Source of the DNA: a virus
Lineage: Duplodnaviria > Caudoviricetes
Virus record (IMG/VR): IMGVR_UViG_3300032227_000993
Reading direction: 5' to 3' (one strand)
DNA: 64,000 nucleotides
Shown here: piece by piece, positions 28,862 to 38,266 of the stretch
How the letters are laid out: each line of letters begins with the position of its first letter
Numbering within the stretch: the stretch's first letter is position 1
Notes under the pieces: generated by a model
What the model was told of the DNA's origin: nothing
Seen by the model: the letters and a program-made list of their open reading frames with translations, nothing else
Databases searched by the model: none
Made by a program: the position numbers and the translations under genes

Positions 28862-31185
28862 TAGTTACTCGCTGCCTTAAGTGATAAACCTGTTACACTT
28901 TGACCCGCGGTCAAAGCAATACGAACATAAATTTCGTTAGTGGCTGTACTGGAACTTGATACTGTACCAAATGTACAAGTTTTACTTGTTGAAGCTACTG
29001 TGGTGTTTAGACTTACAGTACCGCCCAAGGCGCAACCATCGCTGCCGTTACCTGGACTATTTACACCAGGGTATCCGCTACCACCATAGGCCTGTGACAT
29101 ATTGATCCAGCCATTGGCTCCACTGCTTGAATCAATCACACTTCCTGGAAGTGCTACCCACAAGCCGGCCACGTTGCCAGCATAGGTAATATCAAATTTA
29201 CTCACTGCAGTGCGAACAAATTTAAATGTAAAGTATTGTGTTCCTGTGCGTCCTGAACTTAAATCTGGACCTACTGGCAAATATCCAGTGGAGTAGTTGG
29301 TTTGATCGTGTTTGAGAACCCCTTGTGCTCCGCTACCAACCACGGTGGCATCATAGGTTTCCAACGTGCTTGACTGGCTGTTAAAAGCTGCTTCACTGCC
29401 GGTGTAGACCGGAGTATTACCAGGGCCAGGATTGACAATACGGAAAGCGTTGCCTGATCCGGTGCCCACTGCGGTAACCACAATGTTGCCTTCGTCAATG
29501 GCAGTAGCCGTACCAGATTTGTAAAGTACTGTGTTTGCCAAGGCTGTGGTCAAAGTCAGCGTACCGGTAGCATAACTGTTGTTCACTGACAAACTTGGAC
29601 CAGTGGCGCTGCCGCCAAATCCTGTGGTTATGTTGGCAGTGGTTGTAAATGTTGCTGATTGGAACGAATTTAACACATTGCTACCAATGTTACTGGCATT
29701 GTAATTTACACTGGCAGGAGCAGCAAAACTGCCGGCCGCCGATCCAGACGATAATACGTTGCTGGTTGGATACAGATTGCCTGATACATTGGCAACCGTT
29801 GTGCCAATTGTAAATTGATTCACATTGGTGTAGTGAGGAATGGTACTTGAGTACAAGAGTGTACTTGACCCCGGAGCGGTCATTGTTGTTGCGCTGTAGC
29901 TTGGAGTGCCGGGGGCGCTGTCATCATAATACCAGCTGGGTACATTGGTATTGCCAGCTGCGCTGTCAGTGATCACCACATCATTCCATCCGGCAGGAGC
30001 ATTGGTTCCATTGATGGAAGAACTGAACACATACCAGAAGCCGGCAACAATGGCACTATTGGCACTATTGTAATCCATATTGTTGGCAATTACAAGATTG
30101 CCACCGTAGGTGCCGTTGGCTGTTGGGGTAGCGGCAGCATTTAGCGTGACATTGCCTACCAGGGTGTTGTTACGGTACGCACGGATCGTTCCTGAATCTC
30201 CAGGACCGGCTGTGGAAATCACGTTGGTGGTGTAGGTAGCAGTTCTACGTACTGTGCTTACGGTTGCGCCGGCTGCTACTGTCAAGCTATTGGCTGTGTT
30301 ATTGACCTGTGTAATATTGGCCATACGATAAGTGGCTGTGCCACTTATGGATAAAGTTTGCCCTGCTGGAAAATTGCTTGGCGCTGGTGGTACCAGTTTT
30401 CCAAGCACTTGATTTAAAAGAGCGATACCGTCAGTTACATAAGTTGTTGTTGTTAATGTCACAGCATTACTGACCAAAGCGCCCTGACTGTTGGTACCCA
30501 TGTTGATAAGGTTACCAAGAAGATTGCCACTGATGTTGCCTGTTTGTATGTCTACATAATATTTTGTTGCTGCATCTTGATTTTGTACAGGATTATTTAA
30601 ATTATTAATGTAGGTATTAGCAACCGTGATATTTCCATTGCCCGGTATGCTAATATTACCAATTGTGATATTTCCTGTTGAAATATTTGCCACAACATCT
30701 AAATTACCGCCACTTAGATTTCCAGTGGCACTGATCAAGCCAACTGTTGAAATGTTTCCAACGGTGACATTACCAGCAACAACCATGGCATTGGTGGCTT
30801 GATTAAAGGTAAAACCAGTGCTGGCACCAGCATTTCCGTCGTTGTTGTAAAGGACCTGTGTGTTGGATCCTGGTACTGTCAAGTTACCAGAAATATTGCC
30901 GGCAAAGGTGCCAATAAAATAACCAGCGGTTGTGATATTTCCAGTGGTGCTGATTGTTCCGTTTGATGTGATGCTGTTGGAAAAAAAGGCCGATACAAGC
31001 GTGATGTTGTTGGACCAAACTCTTGTGTTGGCGGCTGCCAGGGTCAGTACGCTGTTGGCATTGCCGGCGCCAAGACTTGGCTCGGCCTGACCCAAAGCTA
31101 AAAATTGGTATCTATCTTCGGATAAGTTATCATAGGCAACTACCGGAGCGCGACCACTTAGAAGGTTGTTACTGCTTACGCTCAT
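28861..31185 (-). CDS. Virion structural protein, 774 aa
   Basis: T/S/G/N/A-rich, overlaps the next structural gene; NPVQNQDAATK.YVD fibre-type motif. Confidence 0.7.
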   Translation of the reverse strand: MSVSSNNLLSGRAPVVAYDNLSEDRYQFLALGQAEPSLGAGNANSVLTLAAANTRVWSNNITLVSAFFSNSITSNGTISTTGNITTAGYFIGTFAGNISGNLTVPGSNTQVLYNNDGNAGASTGFTFNQATNAMVVAGNVTVGNISTVGLISATGNLSGGNLDVVANISTGNITIGNISIPGNGNITVANTYINNLNNPVQNQDAATKYYVDIQTGNISGNLLGNLINMGTNSQGALVSNAVTLTTTTYVTDGIALLNQVLGKLVPPAPSNFPAGQTLSISGTATYRMANITQVNNTANSLTVAAGATVSTVRRTATYTTNVISTAGPGDSGTIRAYRNNTLVGNVTLNAAATPTANGTYGGNLVIANNMDYNSANSAIVAGFWYVFSSSINGTNAPAGWNDVVITDSAAGNTNVPSWYYDDSAPGTPSYSATTMTAPGSSTLLYSSTIPHYTNVNQFTIGTTVANVSGNLYPTSNVLSSGSAAGSFAAPASVNYNASNIGSNVLNSFQSATFTTTANITTGFGGSATGPSLSVNNSYATGTLTLTTALANTVLYKSGTATAIDEGNIVVTAVGTGSGNAFRIVNPGPGNTPVYTGSEAAFNSQSSTLETYDATVVGSGAQGVLKHDQTNYSTGYLPVGPDLSSGRTGTQYFTFKFVRTAVSKFDITYAGNVAGLWVALPGSVIDSSSGANGWINMSQAYGGSGYPGVNSPGNGSDGCALGGTVSLNTTVASTSKTCTFGTVSSSSTATNEIYVRIALTAGQSVTGLSLKAASN

Positions 31186-31186
31186 A

Positions 31187-31522
31187 TTATCCTGTTAAAG
31201 TTTCTAATAAACTCAATGTCAATTGTGCGCTGTCATTTGCGTTGGCACTAACTTCAAAACTATCACCAAAGCTCATAATCAATCGACCAGTCAATACACT
31301 GATAGCATCAGCCACTGGTACCTGCGTATTTTTTACCAATGCTGTAGTATCGCCAGTTCTGACCACATTGGCACTGACTGTTATGGTGTTTGCTACATCA
31401 ATGTTGCTGATTTGTGCCATTAGTACAACGGTAGAATATCCAAGCGGTGTTGAATACACCGTGCTTGAGCTGGTGGTTACATTTGCTAAGACTGTTTTAA
31501 ATATGTTTAATGCGCCTGCCAT
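31187..31522 (-). CDS. Small beta-rich virion protein
   Basis: 111 aa in the structural operon; similar layout to 33415..33726. Confidence 0.6.
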   Translation of the reverse strand: MAGALNIFKTVLANVTTSSSTVYSTPLGYSTVVLMAQISNIDVANTITVSANVVRTGDTTALVKNTQVPVADAISVLTGRLIMSFGDSFEVSANANDSAQLTLSLLETLTG

Positions 31523-31549
31523 AATTTTTCCTTGTTCATTTACTTATGA

Positions 31550-33001
31550 TTAATTACTTAGTGCCAAAATGTAGGGAGTCATTTGAGCAAACAAGCTCTT
31601 GTAGAATGCGTCGCCAGTAATTGTAGCAGTTGCTTGATTAACAATAAATCCGTCGCCCACTTTAAAATTACCTTTTTGATCTGTACTGGTGTATGTCACA
31701 ATGCCACCGTTGAGTTGTATTACTTCGTTGGCATCAATAGGAATGCCGCCGTACTGCGGAAGTGCTGTTGCTGGGTTAGTACCCGCCCCTACATATTCAA
31801 ATGTATGCGCTGACGCAATAATACTGCTGCGAACAAAAAATGATACTCCTGTGCCTGGAGCAGCATTGCCTAAATATGTTTGTTGTACCAACACCTGACA
31901 AGATACTGCATCAACAGGAATAATAGTGTCGATGGTGTAGTATTCTGGATCTCCGTCAATTAGCATAACGGTGTTGACGTTGGGTCTACCGTTTGATAAA
32001 TTGTTAAGTGTGAATAAGCCTTGGAATTGTGTTACAATATTGCCTGTGGTTGTTTGCGGACCAACGCCGTCGGCTACCAAACCGTAGTTACCAATACTAC
32101 AGTCTGAACCGTTAAGTGTACAGAAGCCGCCGGATTCTACTTGAATGCCAATATCGCAAGCAATAGTGTAAATGTTAACCAATTGACTATAGCCTGAATT
32201 TACAATGTGTATGCCGTAGCCGTTTTTGTTAATAATTGTAAAGAATCCCACAATCATAGCTTTGGTACTGATTGCGCTGGTAGCATTGCCATCAATGTAA
32301 ACTGCGGTTCCAGTTGTAGTGTTAGAAGTTAAATTCTGTATGTACGGACTTACAAATACGTTTTGTGTCGGTGTTGTTGGATCATAACTAAATCCGTTGG
32401 CAAGATAATCTCTAATGGTGATGCCCCAAACATATGAACCGTTTCGTACATAAAATAAATCATCTGCTGGTGTAGCTGGAATCACAAAAACACTACGTAA
32501 ATTGTCGCCCATTAAACTTACATTAGATGGAATAGTGATTGGGTTAGCTTCTGTATACGTGCCAGGCGCCACATGAACTGAGGTGCCGGCTGTGGCTACA
32601 GCCAACGCTGCTTTAATTGTCAAGTACGGTGCGGTAATTGATCCGTTGTTGCTGTCGTTGCCGTTGGTGGCCACATAGATAATTTTGGCACTGGTTGAGA
32701 TATTGGCTGTGTTACCAATGTTGCCGTAAAAGTTTTGTGCGGTCACGTTGCCAATTACATCAACGTCAGTATTGATGGAAATGTTTCCGTTGGCTGTGTG
32801 TGGTTGAATAGTGTCAACCGCAATATTGCCCACAATATCTAAAGCAAACGCAGGTGAAGAATTGTTAATACCAACATAACTATTGGCAATATCTAAATAC
32901 AATAACGGAGTAGTGTTAGCGGTATTGCTAAATGCCAAGCTGTTGCCGTCTCTTGCGAGAGTGCTTTGTAACATTTGTCCGGCTATTTTACTGATTGACA
33001 T
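31550..33001 (-). CDS. Baseplate/tailspike protein with pectin-lyase-like beta-helix (DUF1565-like entry)
   Basis: IYVATNGNDSNNGS..APYLTIKAAL.....G..VHVAPGTYTE motif. Confidence 0.7.
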   Translation of the reverse strand: MSISKIAGQMLQSTLARDGNSLAFSNTANTTPLLYLDIANSYVGINNSSPAFALDIVGNIAVDTIQPHTANGNISINTDVDVIGNVTAQNFYGNIGNTANISTSAKIIYVATNGNDSNNGSITAPYLTIKAALAVATAGTSVHVAPGTYTEANPITIPSNVSLMGDNLRSVFVIPATPADDLFYVRNGSYVWGITIRDYLANGFSYDPTTPTQNVFVSPYIQNLTSNTTTGTAVYIDGNATSAISTKAMIVGFFTIINKNGYGIHIVNSGYSQLVNIYTIACDIGIQVESGGFCTLNGSDCSIGNYGLVADGVGPQTTTGNIVTQFQGLFTLNNLSNGRPNVNTVMLIDGDPEYYTIDTIIPVDAVSCQVLVQQTYLGNAAPGTGVSFFVRSSIIASAHTFEYVGAGTNPATALPQYGGIPIDANEVIQLNGGIVTYTSTDQKGNFKVGDGFIVNQATATITGDAFYKSLFAQMTPYILALSN

Positions 33002-33025
33002 TTATTTTCCTGTTAAAATATTTAA

Positions 33026-33415
33026 TTAAACTGTATGTATCACGTTAATTGGTACACCAGAAGGTGGAGCACTTGTAAATGTAATATCAAATCCACCATT
33101 GACGGTGTAGGCCACTGTGGCCTGTTGATATATTGATCCAACAAAGACCATGAGTTGTGTTGCCACAGACTCCGCAATAGTCATTGTAAATATAGTTGTG
33201 GTACCGTCGCCGGTAAAATTATCAATTATGTATTGTTGAGTAGCATTCAAGCTGATGTATTCTACTCCATTAAAATATTCTATAAGACCTGTGTCAGTGT
33301 TGTATCTAATCAATCCAAACACAGGATTATTTGGTCGCGTGGCCGTAGAACCAGTGGGTAGTACTGTACCTGTACTGCCTGACAACAAACGACGATTTTT
33401 GTATAGATTTGCCAT
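33026..33415 (-). CDS. Virion structural protein, 129 aa (start revised to ATG 33415)
   Basis: LPTGSTATRP..IRYNT plus FTGDGTTTIF...FTSAP module; TAATG overlap with the upstream gene. Confidence 0.7.
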   Translation of the reverse strand: MANLYKNRRLLSGSTGTVLPTGSTATRPNNPVFGLIRYNTDTGLIEYFNGVEYISLNATQQYIIDNFTGDGTTTIFTMTIAESVATQLMVFVGSIYQQATVAYTVNGGFDITFTSAPPSGVPINVIHTV

Positions 33416-33726
33416 TAGAGAGCGGTGTAGGAGGTAATGGCGGTCACTGTGTTTGCTGATGCGTTGGCGCAAATAGTATCGCCGGGACCCAACAATAGTT
33501 TTTCAGAAAACATATACATTTGTGCTGTTTCTGACAAAGGAATAGCAATGTTTGACAGCGCAATGTTGGTGGTGTCTGGAGACTGTCCGCTGGGTACAAC
33601 ATACAGGTTGGCGTAAACATTTCCTGCTCCCCAATTGCACATGGTTAATGATGTGATAGCTGTGTTACCCACGCTGTTGTAAATTACATTGGCTGTGGTT
33701 GTAAGTGAAAATGTTGCAATAGTCAT
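33415..33726 (-). CDS. Small beta-rich virion protein, 103 aa (start revised)
   Basis: AAGGAA Shine-Dalgarno before ATG 33726; structural operon context. Confidence 0.65.
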   Translation of the reverse strand: MTIATFSLTTTANVIYNSVGNTAITSLTMCNWGAGNVYANLYVVPSGQSPDTTNIALSNIAIPLSETAQMYMFSEKLLLGPGDTICANASANTVTAITSYTAL

Positions 33727-33739
33727 AGTGTTCCTTGAA

Positions 33740-34336
33740 TTAAAATATAATGCCGTAAACAATGGCTTTGTAGTTGGCTACCAGCTCATCTGCTCCACCG
33801 GCATCTGCTGATTGTGCGTATAGCCCTGTTCCGCCTGCTCCCACGGTGTTGCTGTACACCACTACCGCATTGGCCACATTGGCTGGGGCTGAGTTAATTT
33901 TATCAAATATCTGTGTGCCTGTTAATCGTAACTGGCTGGTGGCTTGGTTAAAAGTAAAATTGGCTGACGCTCCAAATGCGTTGTTGTTGTTGAACTGAAT
34001 TTGTGTGTTGGCACCGTCAGGTACGCCTGTTAAGTTGGCATAGGCGGTAATTGGAAAACCGTTGGCATAAACATTTGAACTTGTTTGCCAGGCACTAACT
34101 ATTGTGTCATAACGAAATCCAGCAAAGGTAGTTGGGCCGGTCTGCATCAGCAGGCCACCGTCGGTAATTGCGCCACTATTATTGGCTGCCACAGTAAGGA
34201 ATGGCGCAATAGTGGTCGCCGGTACAGTATAAGTAACGTTGCCGTTAAACACAGTCTGTGCATTGATCGTAAAAATACCATTACCGTCGTTACAGGTCAA
34301 CGTATAGTCGGTATTGACGTTTTTGTATGATGCCAT
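33740..34336 (-). CDS. Virion structural protein
   Basis: TAAATA box and AAGGA SD upstream; GANTQIQFNN...FGAS.NFTF fibre-like motif. Confidence 0.65.
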   Translation of the reverse strand: MASYKNVNTDYTLTCNDGNGIFTINAQTVFNGNVTYTVPATTIAPFLTVAANNSGAITDGGLLMQTGPTTFAGFRYDTIVSAWQTSSNVYANGFPITAYANLTGVPDGANTQIQFNNNNAFGASANFTFNQATSQLRLTGTQIFDKINSAPANVANAVVVYSNTVGAGGTGLYAQSADAGGADELVANYKAIVYGIIF

Positions 34337-34376
34337 TGATAAGGTCCTTTTTGTTATTTATGCCAACATCAAAGGT

Positions 34377-34405
34377 AAAAAAAATCCTCCAGTTAGGAGG
34401 ATTTT
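34377..34405 (-). terminator. Intrinsic terminator
   Basis: aaaatcctcc-agtt-aggaggatttt near-perfect stem followed by a U-run on the minus strand. Confidence 0.75.
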
Positions 34406-34422
34406 AGTAATCAAGTTAATGA

Positions 34423-35037
34423 TTAAGGATTGCTTGGTACTAAAGCCATTGTAATATTGCCAGTACCATTAGTAAATGTTACTGCATCTGCGCCAGATTT
34501 AGCTGTGGTTACTACCACGTTGCTGGCTGGTTGGAAGAAGTTAACAAAATACTGTACATTATCGTAGCCTAAACCGTATTTGTTGGTCAAACGCTGTAAA
34601 TTTACGTTACCCACGTTGCCTGCTCCGTCTGGAACGCTTACGTTGATGCTCATTTGGTTCACAGTTAAACTACCGTTGGCCACGTCAGCCAAGAAAGCCA
34701 CGCCTGTAACACCAGAAGTCACGCCAGTAACCAGGTACTTGCTTTGGCCTTTTTGACGCACGATTAATGCTTCTTCGTTTTGTGTGCCATCAACGTTGGC
34801 AAATGTAGAAACTACCGGGAATGTAGCACTACCGCCATTTACGTCAACAGTACTGTTGTAAGCTGTTGTTTGTAGGTTTAAAATATTACCGCCAACTACG
34901 CCGTAAAATTGTGTGCCTGTTAAACCGCCAGGTGTAACTGGATCAGTTAATGTGTTGATCTGCGGAAAGCCAGCGTCAACTGCCAAGCCAGGTGTACCTG
35001 CATAGCCTTGTTTTTGAATTTTTAGTGGACGACCCAT
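34423..35037 (-). CDS. Probable virion protein (MGRPLK...) with own promoter, structured leader and terminator
   Basis: Strong AAGGAG SD; monocistronic layout. Confidence 0.7.
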   Translation of the reverse strand: MGRPLKIQKQGYAGTPGLAVDAGFPQINTLTDPVTPGGLTGTQFYGVVGGNILNLQTTAYNSTVDVNGGSATFPVVSTFANVDGTQNEEALIVRQKGQSKYLVTGVTSGVTGVAFLADVANGSLTVNQMSINVSVPDGAGNVGNVNLQRLTNKYGLGYDNVQYFVNFFQPASNVVVTTAKSGADAVTFTNGTGNITMALVPSNP

Positions 35038-35045
35038 GTTGTTTT

Positions 35046-35136
35046 CTCCTTAAAGAAGTCCGATGCTGGTTCTAGCCAGCTACGCTGTGGGTATTAATCT
35101 CAGCATAAAACGCAGGATTGCGTTGACAAGTATTTA
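35046..35136 (-). promoter_or_regulatory. TAAATA promoter plus three-hairpin 5' leader
   Basis: Stems at 35109-35124, 35081-35107 and 35065-35080 lie between TAAATA (35131-35136) and the SD (35046-35051). Confidence 0.6.
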
Positions 35137-35186
35137 GCACCCTGTTACTTTTTTAAAGTGTGCGTTTTATTAATGTAAATATGAGT

Positions 35187-36338
35187 ATGAACTACAATGA
35201 ACTTATTGCCGCGGGCAATCAACTCCGCGCAGAACACCGGCCAGAAGAAGCATTAAAATGCTATGCTACAGCCTTGATTGATTATCCTGACTACGCTGAT
35301 GCGTTTAACAACTACGGCAACGTGATCCGCGAGTGCGGTTTTCCCACACGAGGTATTCCTTTTTTACAAAATGCCTTGGCCATTGACCCAGGTCATGCCA
35401 CAGCCGCTTTTAATTTGGCTGTGTGCTATTTGTTGGCTGGTGACTATGCCAAGGGCTGGCGCCAGTATGAAACCCGCTGGAACTATGAGCATCTCAAGGG
35501 CCTGTTGCCAGCATTTAGCCAGCCTAGATGGACTGGACAAGAGTTGGCCGGTAAGACCCTGCTGGTTTTGGGCGAGCAGGGCCACGGGGATAATATCCAA
35601 TTTATACGTTTTGTAGAACAGATTGTTGGCCTGGGAGCAAAGACCATTGTTCAAGTCACCAGCACCTTGGTTCCCTTGTTTAAAGAATCTATTTTGGCGC
35701 CTACTGAAATTATCAGTCACGAGGATGCTGTGCCGGAGTTTGATTACTGGACTCCCATTATGAGTTTGCCAGGTCCCCTGGGTATCACATTGGAAAACTT
35801 GCCGCATAAAATGCAGTATCTACGTGCTAGTGCTGCCAGTGTTCAAGAGTGGTCCAAAAGATTAGGTAAAAAATTCAAATTGCGCATAGGGTTTGCTTGG
35901 TCGGGGCGCAGAGATAGCTGGATCAATCAACACAAGGCCATGCCTTTTGATGTCATGCTGGCGTTGATTAAAAGTTGCCCAGAATACGAGTGGTACAACT
36001 TACAGTTAGATTGTACCAAGGAAGAAGAAGCAGAATTGGTGTCGGCTGGAGTCAAGATTTTCCCTGGCACTATCAATAGTTTTGCTGATACTGCCGGATT
36101 GGTTAGCCACATGGACGTGGTGATTGCTGTGGACACAGCCATGGCACACTTGGCTGGCTCACTGGGGCGACCAGTCTGGATTCCTTTGAATCAGTTTGGG
36201 CAGGATTGGCGTTGGTTGTTGAATCGTGAAGATAGCCCGTGGTATGCCAGTGCTAGATTATTTCGTCAACCGGCCCGGGGCGACTGGAACTCGGTCACTG
36301 CTCGAATACAAAAATTCTTGACGTTTTTTAAAATTTAA
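35187..36338 (+). CDS. TPR-repeat glycosyltransferase family 9-like protein (start revised to ATG 35187)
   Basis: N-terminal TPRs (YADAFNNYGNV, HATAAFNLA), EQGHGDNIQFIR and DVVIAVDTAMAHLAGSLGRPVW GT9 motifs; TAAATA 5 nt upstream. Confidence 0.85.
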   Translation: MNYNELIAAGNQLRAEHRPEEALKCYATALIDYPDYADAFNNYGNVIRECGFPTRGIPFLQNALAIDPGHATAAFNLAVCYLLAGDYAKGWRQYETRWNYEHLKGLLPAFSQPRWTGQELAGKTLLVLGEQGHGDNIQFIRFVEQIVGLGAKTIVQVTSTLVPLFKESILAPTEIISHEDAVPEFDYWTPIMSLPGPLGITLENLPHKMQYLRASAASVQEWSKRLGKKFKLRIGFAWSGRRDSWINQHKAMPFDVMLALIKSCPEYEWYNLQLDCTKEEEAELVSAGVKIFPGTINSFADTAGLVSHMDVVIAVDTAMAHLAGSLGRPVWIPLNQFGQDWRWLLNREDSPWYASARLFRQPARGDWNSVTARIQKFLTFFKI

Positions 36339-36343
36339 GTCAC

Positions 36344-36368
36344 AAAAAAGCACCCGGCGGTGCTTTTT
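36344..36368. terminator. Bidirectional intrinsic terminator between convergent genes
   Basis: aaaaaagcacc-cggc-ggtgcttttt. Confidence 0.85.
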
Positions 36369-36373
36369 GTTTG

Positions 36374-36694
36374 TTAGTTGCCAGTAAATGAGTATGCGGC
36401 GCCACTGGTAAATGTACCGCCTGTGATGGTAATTGTCTGTGCTCCTGGATCTGTGCTGACTACAGTAGCTCCAGGTATTTGATTTACTAGCCATCCTGGA
36501 CCAATGTCATTGTAACTTGGTTTAGGAGAATAGGGCCATCCGCCACCACCTTGGAAGAAGAATCCAACAGCGCCGTCGCCGCCGGCTACATTTTGAATTT
36601 CAATGGTGGACATACCTTGATAAATTCCGTGATTACCAAACTTAATACCGCCACCTACGCTAATGCCACCGCCGATTGTGATTGGTGCTGCCAT
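36374..36694 (-). CDS. Small virion-type protein with N-terminal IGGGISVGGGI motif
   Basis: ORF with GGA SD; motif shared with 41232..41381. Confidence 0.65.
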   Translation of the reverse strand: MAAPITIGGGISVGGGIKFGNHGIYQGMSTIEIQNVAGGDGAVGFFFQGGGGWPYSPKPSYNDIGPGWLVNQIPGATVVSTDPGAQTITITGGTFTSGAAYSFTGN

Positions 36695-36716
36695 GATTTA
36701 TTTTCCTTTTAAAATA

Positions 36717-37754
36717 TTATGACCAGTAAATGATCTCTTTGGTCGTTGGGTTGTATGCCATGTTAAAAAATCCTGCTGGCAAACTGCCGTTGACTATGGT
36801 ACGAATTGGTGCTACTACTAAAGTATTTGCTGTAGTGTTGTTTAAGTAAGTGCCAGTAGCGTTAAGAACAATACTATTATTTCCTTGTGCGTTAGCACCT
36901 GCTTGTGTTCCAATAGCAATAGCGTTAACACCTTGATTGTTTACTCCGGCTTCAAACCCAATAGCAATAGAAAGTTCGCCTTGTTCTACCGAAGCAGCAC
37001 TTGCGCCAATGGCAATAGCATTGGCACCTTGTGTATCATTGGCAGCGGCACGACCAACAGCAACAGCACCAACACCTTGATCAACTTGACCAGCAATGAA
37101 TCCAACAGCTACTCCGTCTTTTCCTTGAACGGAGCCGCCTGCTTGTTGACCAACCGATACAGCAGTTTCGCCTTGTTGAGCGGCTCCGGCGGCCGAACCA
37201 ATGGCAACAGCACCATCGCCCTGATCAGTGTGTGCGGCGTTTTGTCCAATGGCAATAGCAGCGTATCCTTGGTCGGTGTCGCCTACAAAGTTACCGATAG
37301 CGATTGCGCCATCTTTTTGGTCTGTTGTTCCAGCTTGTGAACCAATGGCAATGGCCAATTCCGCTTGATTTGTAACACCGGCGTTGGTACCAATAGCAAT
37401 AGTGGTATTACCTTGTGTGTTGGCACCAGCGTTGGTACCAATAGCAATAGCATTGGCGCCCTGAGCTGTGATATTGCCTGCTTCTTGGCCTAACGCGATC
37501 GTAGTAGGACCTGCAGCATTATTTTTGTCGCCTAAGGTAGCCCAGGTTGTTGCTCCGCCGCCACCGCTGATGGCAGTGAGTTGACCTAAGTTATTACCTA
37601 TGTAAAGTGCAGGAGGATCTACTACTAAATTAACCACTAACTCACCCGGTCTAGCATTGCCATCATAGTTTACAATGGTCTCTTGCGCATTGTCTTTCAT
37701 TACTGCGCGGCTAATGCCGGTAATATCTGAATATGGGGGTGGGTTGTTTGCCAT
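36717..37754 (-). CDS. Fibre-like protein with YadA/Hep-Hag-type 15-residue repeats (start revised to ATG 37754)
   Basis: About 14 tandem QGxxAIAIGxxAG units; TAAATA at 37778-37783 and an AGGA SD precede ATG 37754. Confidence 0.75.
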   Translation of the reverse strand: MANNPPPYSDITGISRAVMKDNAQETIVNYDGNARPGELVVNLVVDPPALYIGNNLGQLTAISGGGGATTWATLGDKNNAAGPTTIALGQEAGNITAQGANAIAIGTNAGANTQGNTTIAIGTNAGVTNQAELAIAIGSQAGTTDQKDGAIAIGNFVGDTDQGYAAIAIGQNAAHTDQGDGAVAIGSAAGAAQQGETAVSVGQQAGGSVQGKDGVAVGFIAGQVDQGVGAVAVGRAAANDTQGANAIAIGASAASVEQGELSIAIGFEAGVNNQGVNAIAIGTQAGANAQGNNSIVLNATGTYLNNTTANTLVVAPIRTIVNGSLPAGFFNMAYNPTTKEIIYWS

Positions 37755-37797
37755 CTGGTGTCCTGTATGTTGTATTGTATTTAGTATTTGAGCCAAC

Positions 37798-37909
37798 AAA
37801 AAAGCACCCTTGGGTGCTTGATTGCGTTAATATTACCGAGTTATCCGACCCACCAGCCGAACGAGTTATACTCCGAACGGTCAGGAGTTTGCTTTGTTAC
37901 TAGTATTTA
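37798..37909 (-). ncRNA. Candidate ~100-nt small RNA with own late promoter and terminator
   Basis: TAAATA at 37904-37909; two hairpins each followed by ATAACTCG; gcaccc-tt-gggtgc plus U6 terminator; no ATG inside. Confidence 0.5.
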
Positions 37910-37957
37910 GTGGGTACTAGACAAGCCCAATAAAAACTTTAAAAAGTCAATTGCAAT

Positions 37958-38266
37958 TCACCTAGATTTTGCAATTTCATCTTTGACTTCGTTGTATGTT
38001 CGAATTATCTGTAGAGTCGGTGTAACCAATTTATTAGTGTAAGGGGTAGACATTGTCTGCCATTCTTCTTCACTGACCGAACTAATAACCATGATTGAAT
38101 ACTCGTGTCCGTCAGCGGTGTGCAGTTTTACTGTGTCAAAACCCAAGCCAGACTGACTTGCTGTGAGTAGTGCTTTACCTAGCTCTTTTAATGCGGCTTT
38201 TTCGCCTACTATGTAGGCGGTTGTTTGCGGTTCGTCGTGCGGGTATAGATGTAATCTTGATTTCAT
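37958..38266 (-). CDS. Hypothetical protein, 102 aa, coupled to the DnaE-like gene
   Basis: ATGA overlap at 38263-38266. Confidence 0.7.
   Translation of the reverse strand: MKSRLHLYPHDEPQTTAYIVGEKAALKELGKALLTASQSGLGFDTVKLHTADGHEYSIMVISSVSEEEWQTMSTPYTNKLVTPTLQIIRTYNEVKDEIAKSR

Noticed and set aside
35081-35107. Loose resemblance of the leader to a SAM-II riboswitch
   Set aside because: The 3' pseudoknot-forming tail and the conserved loop are missing.
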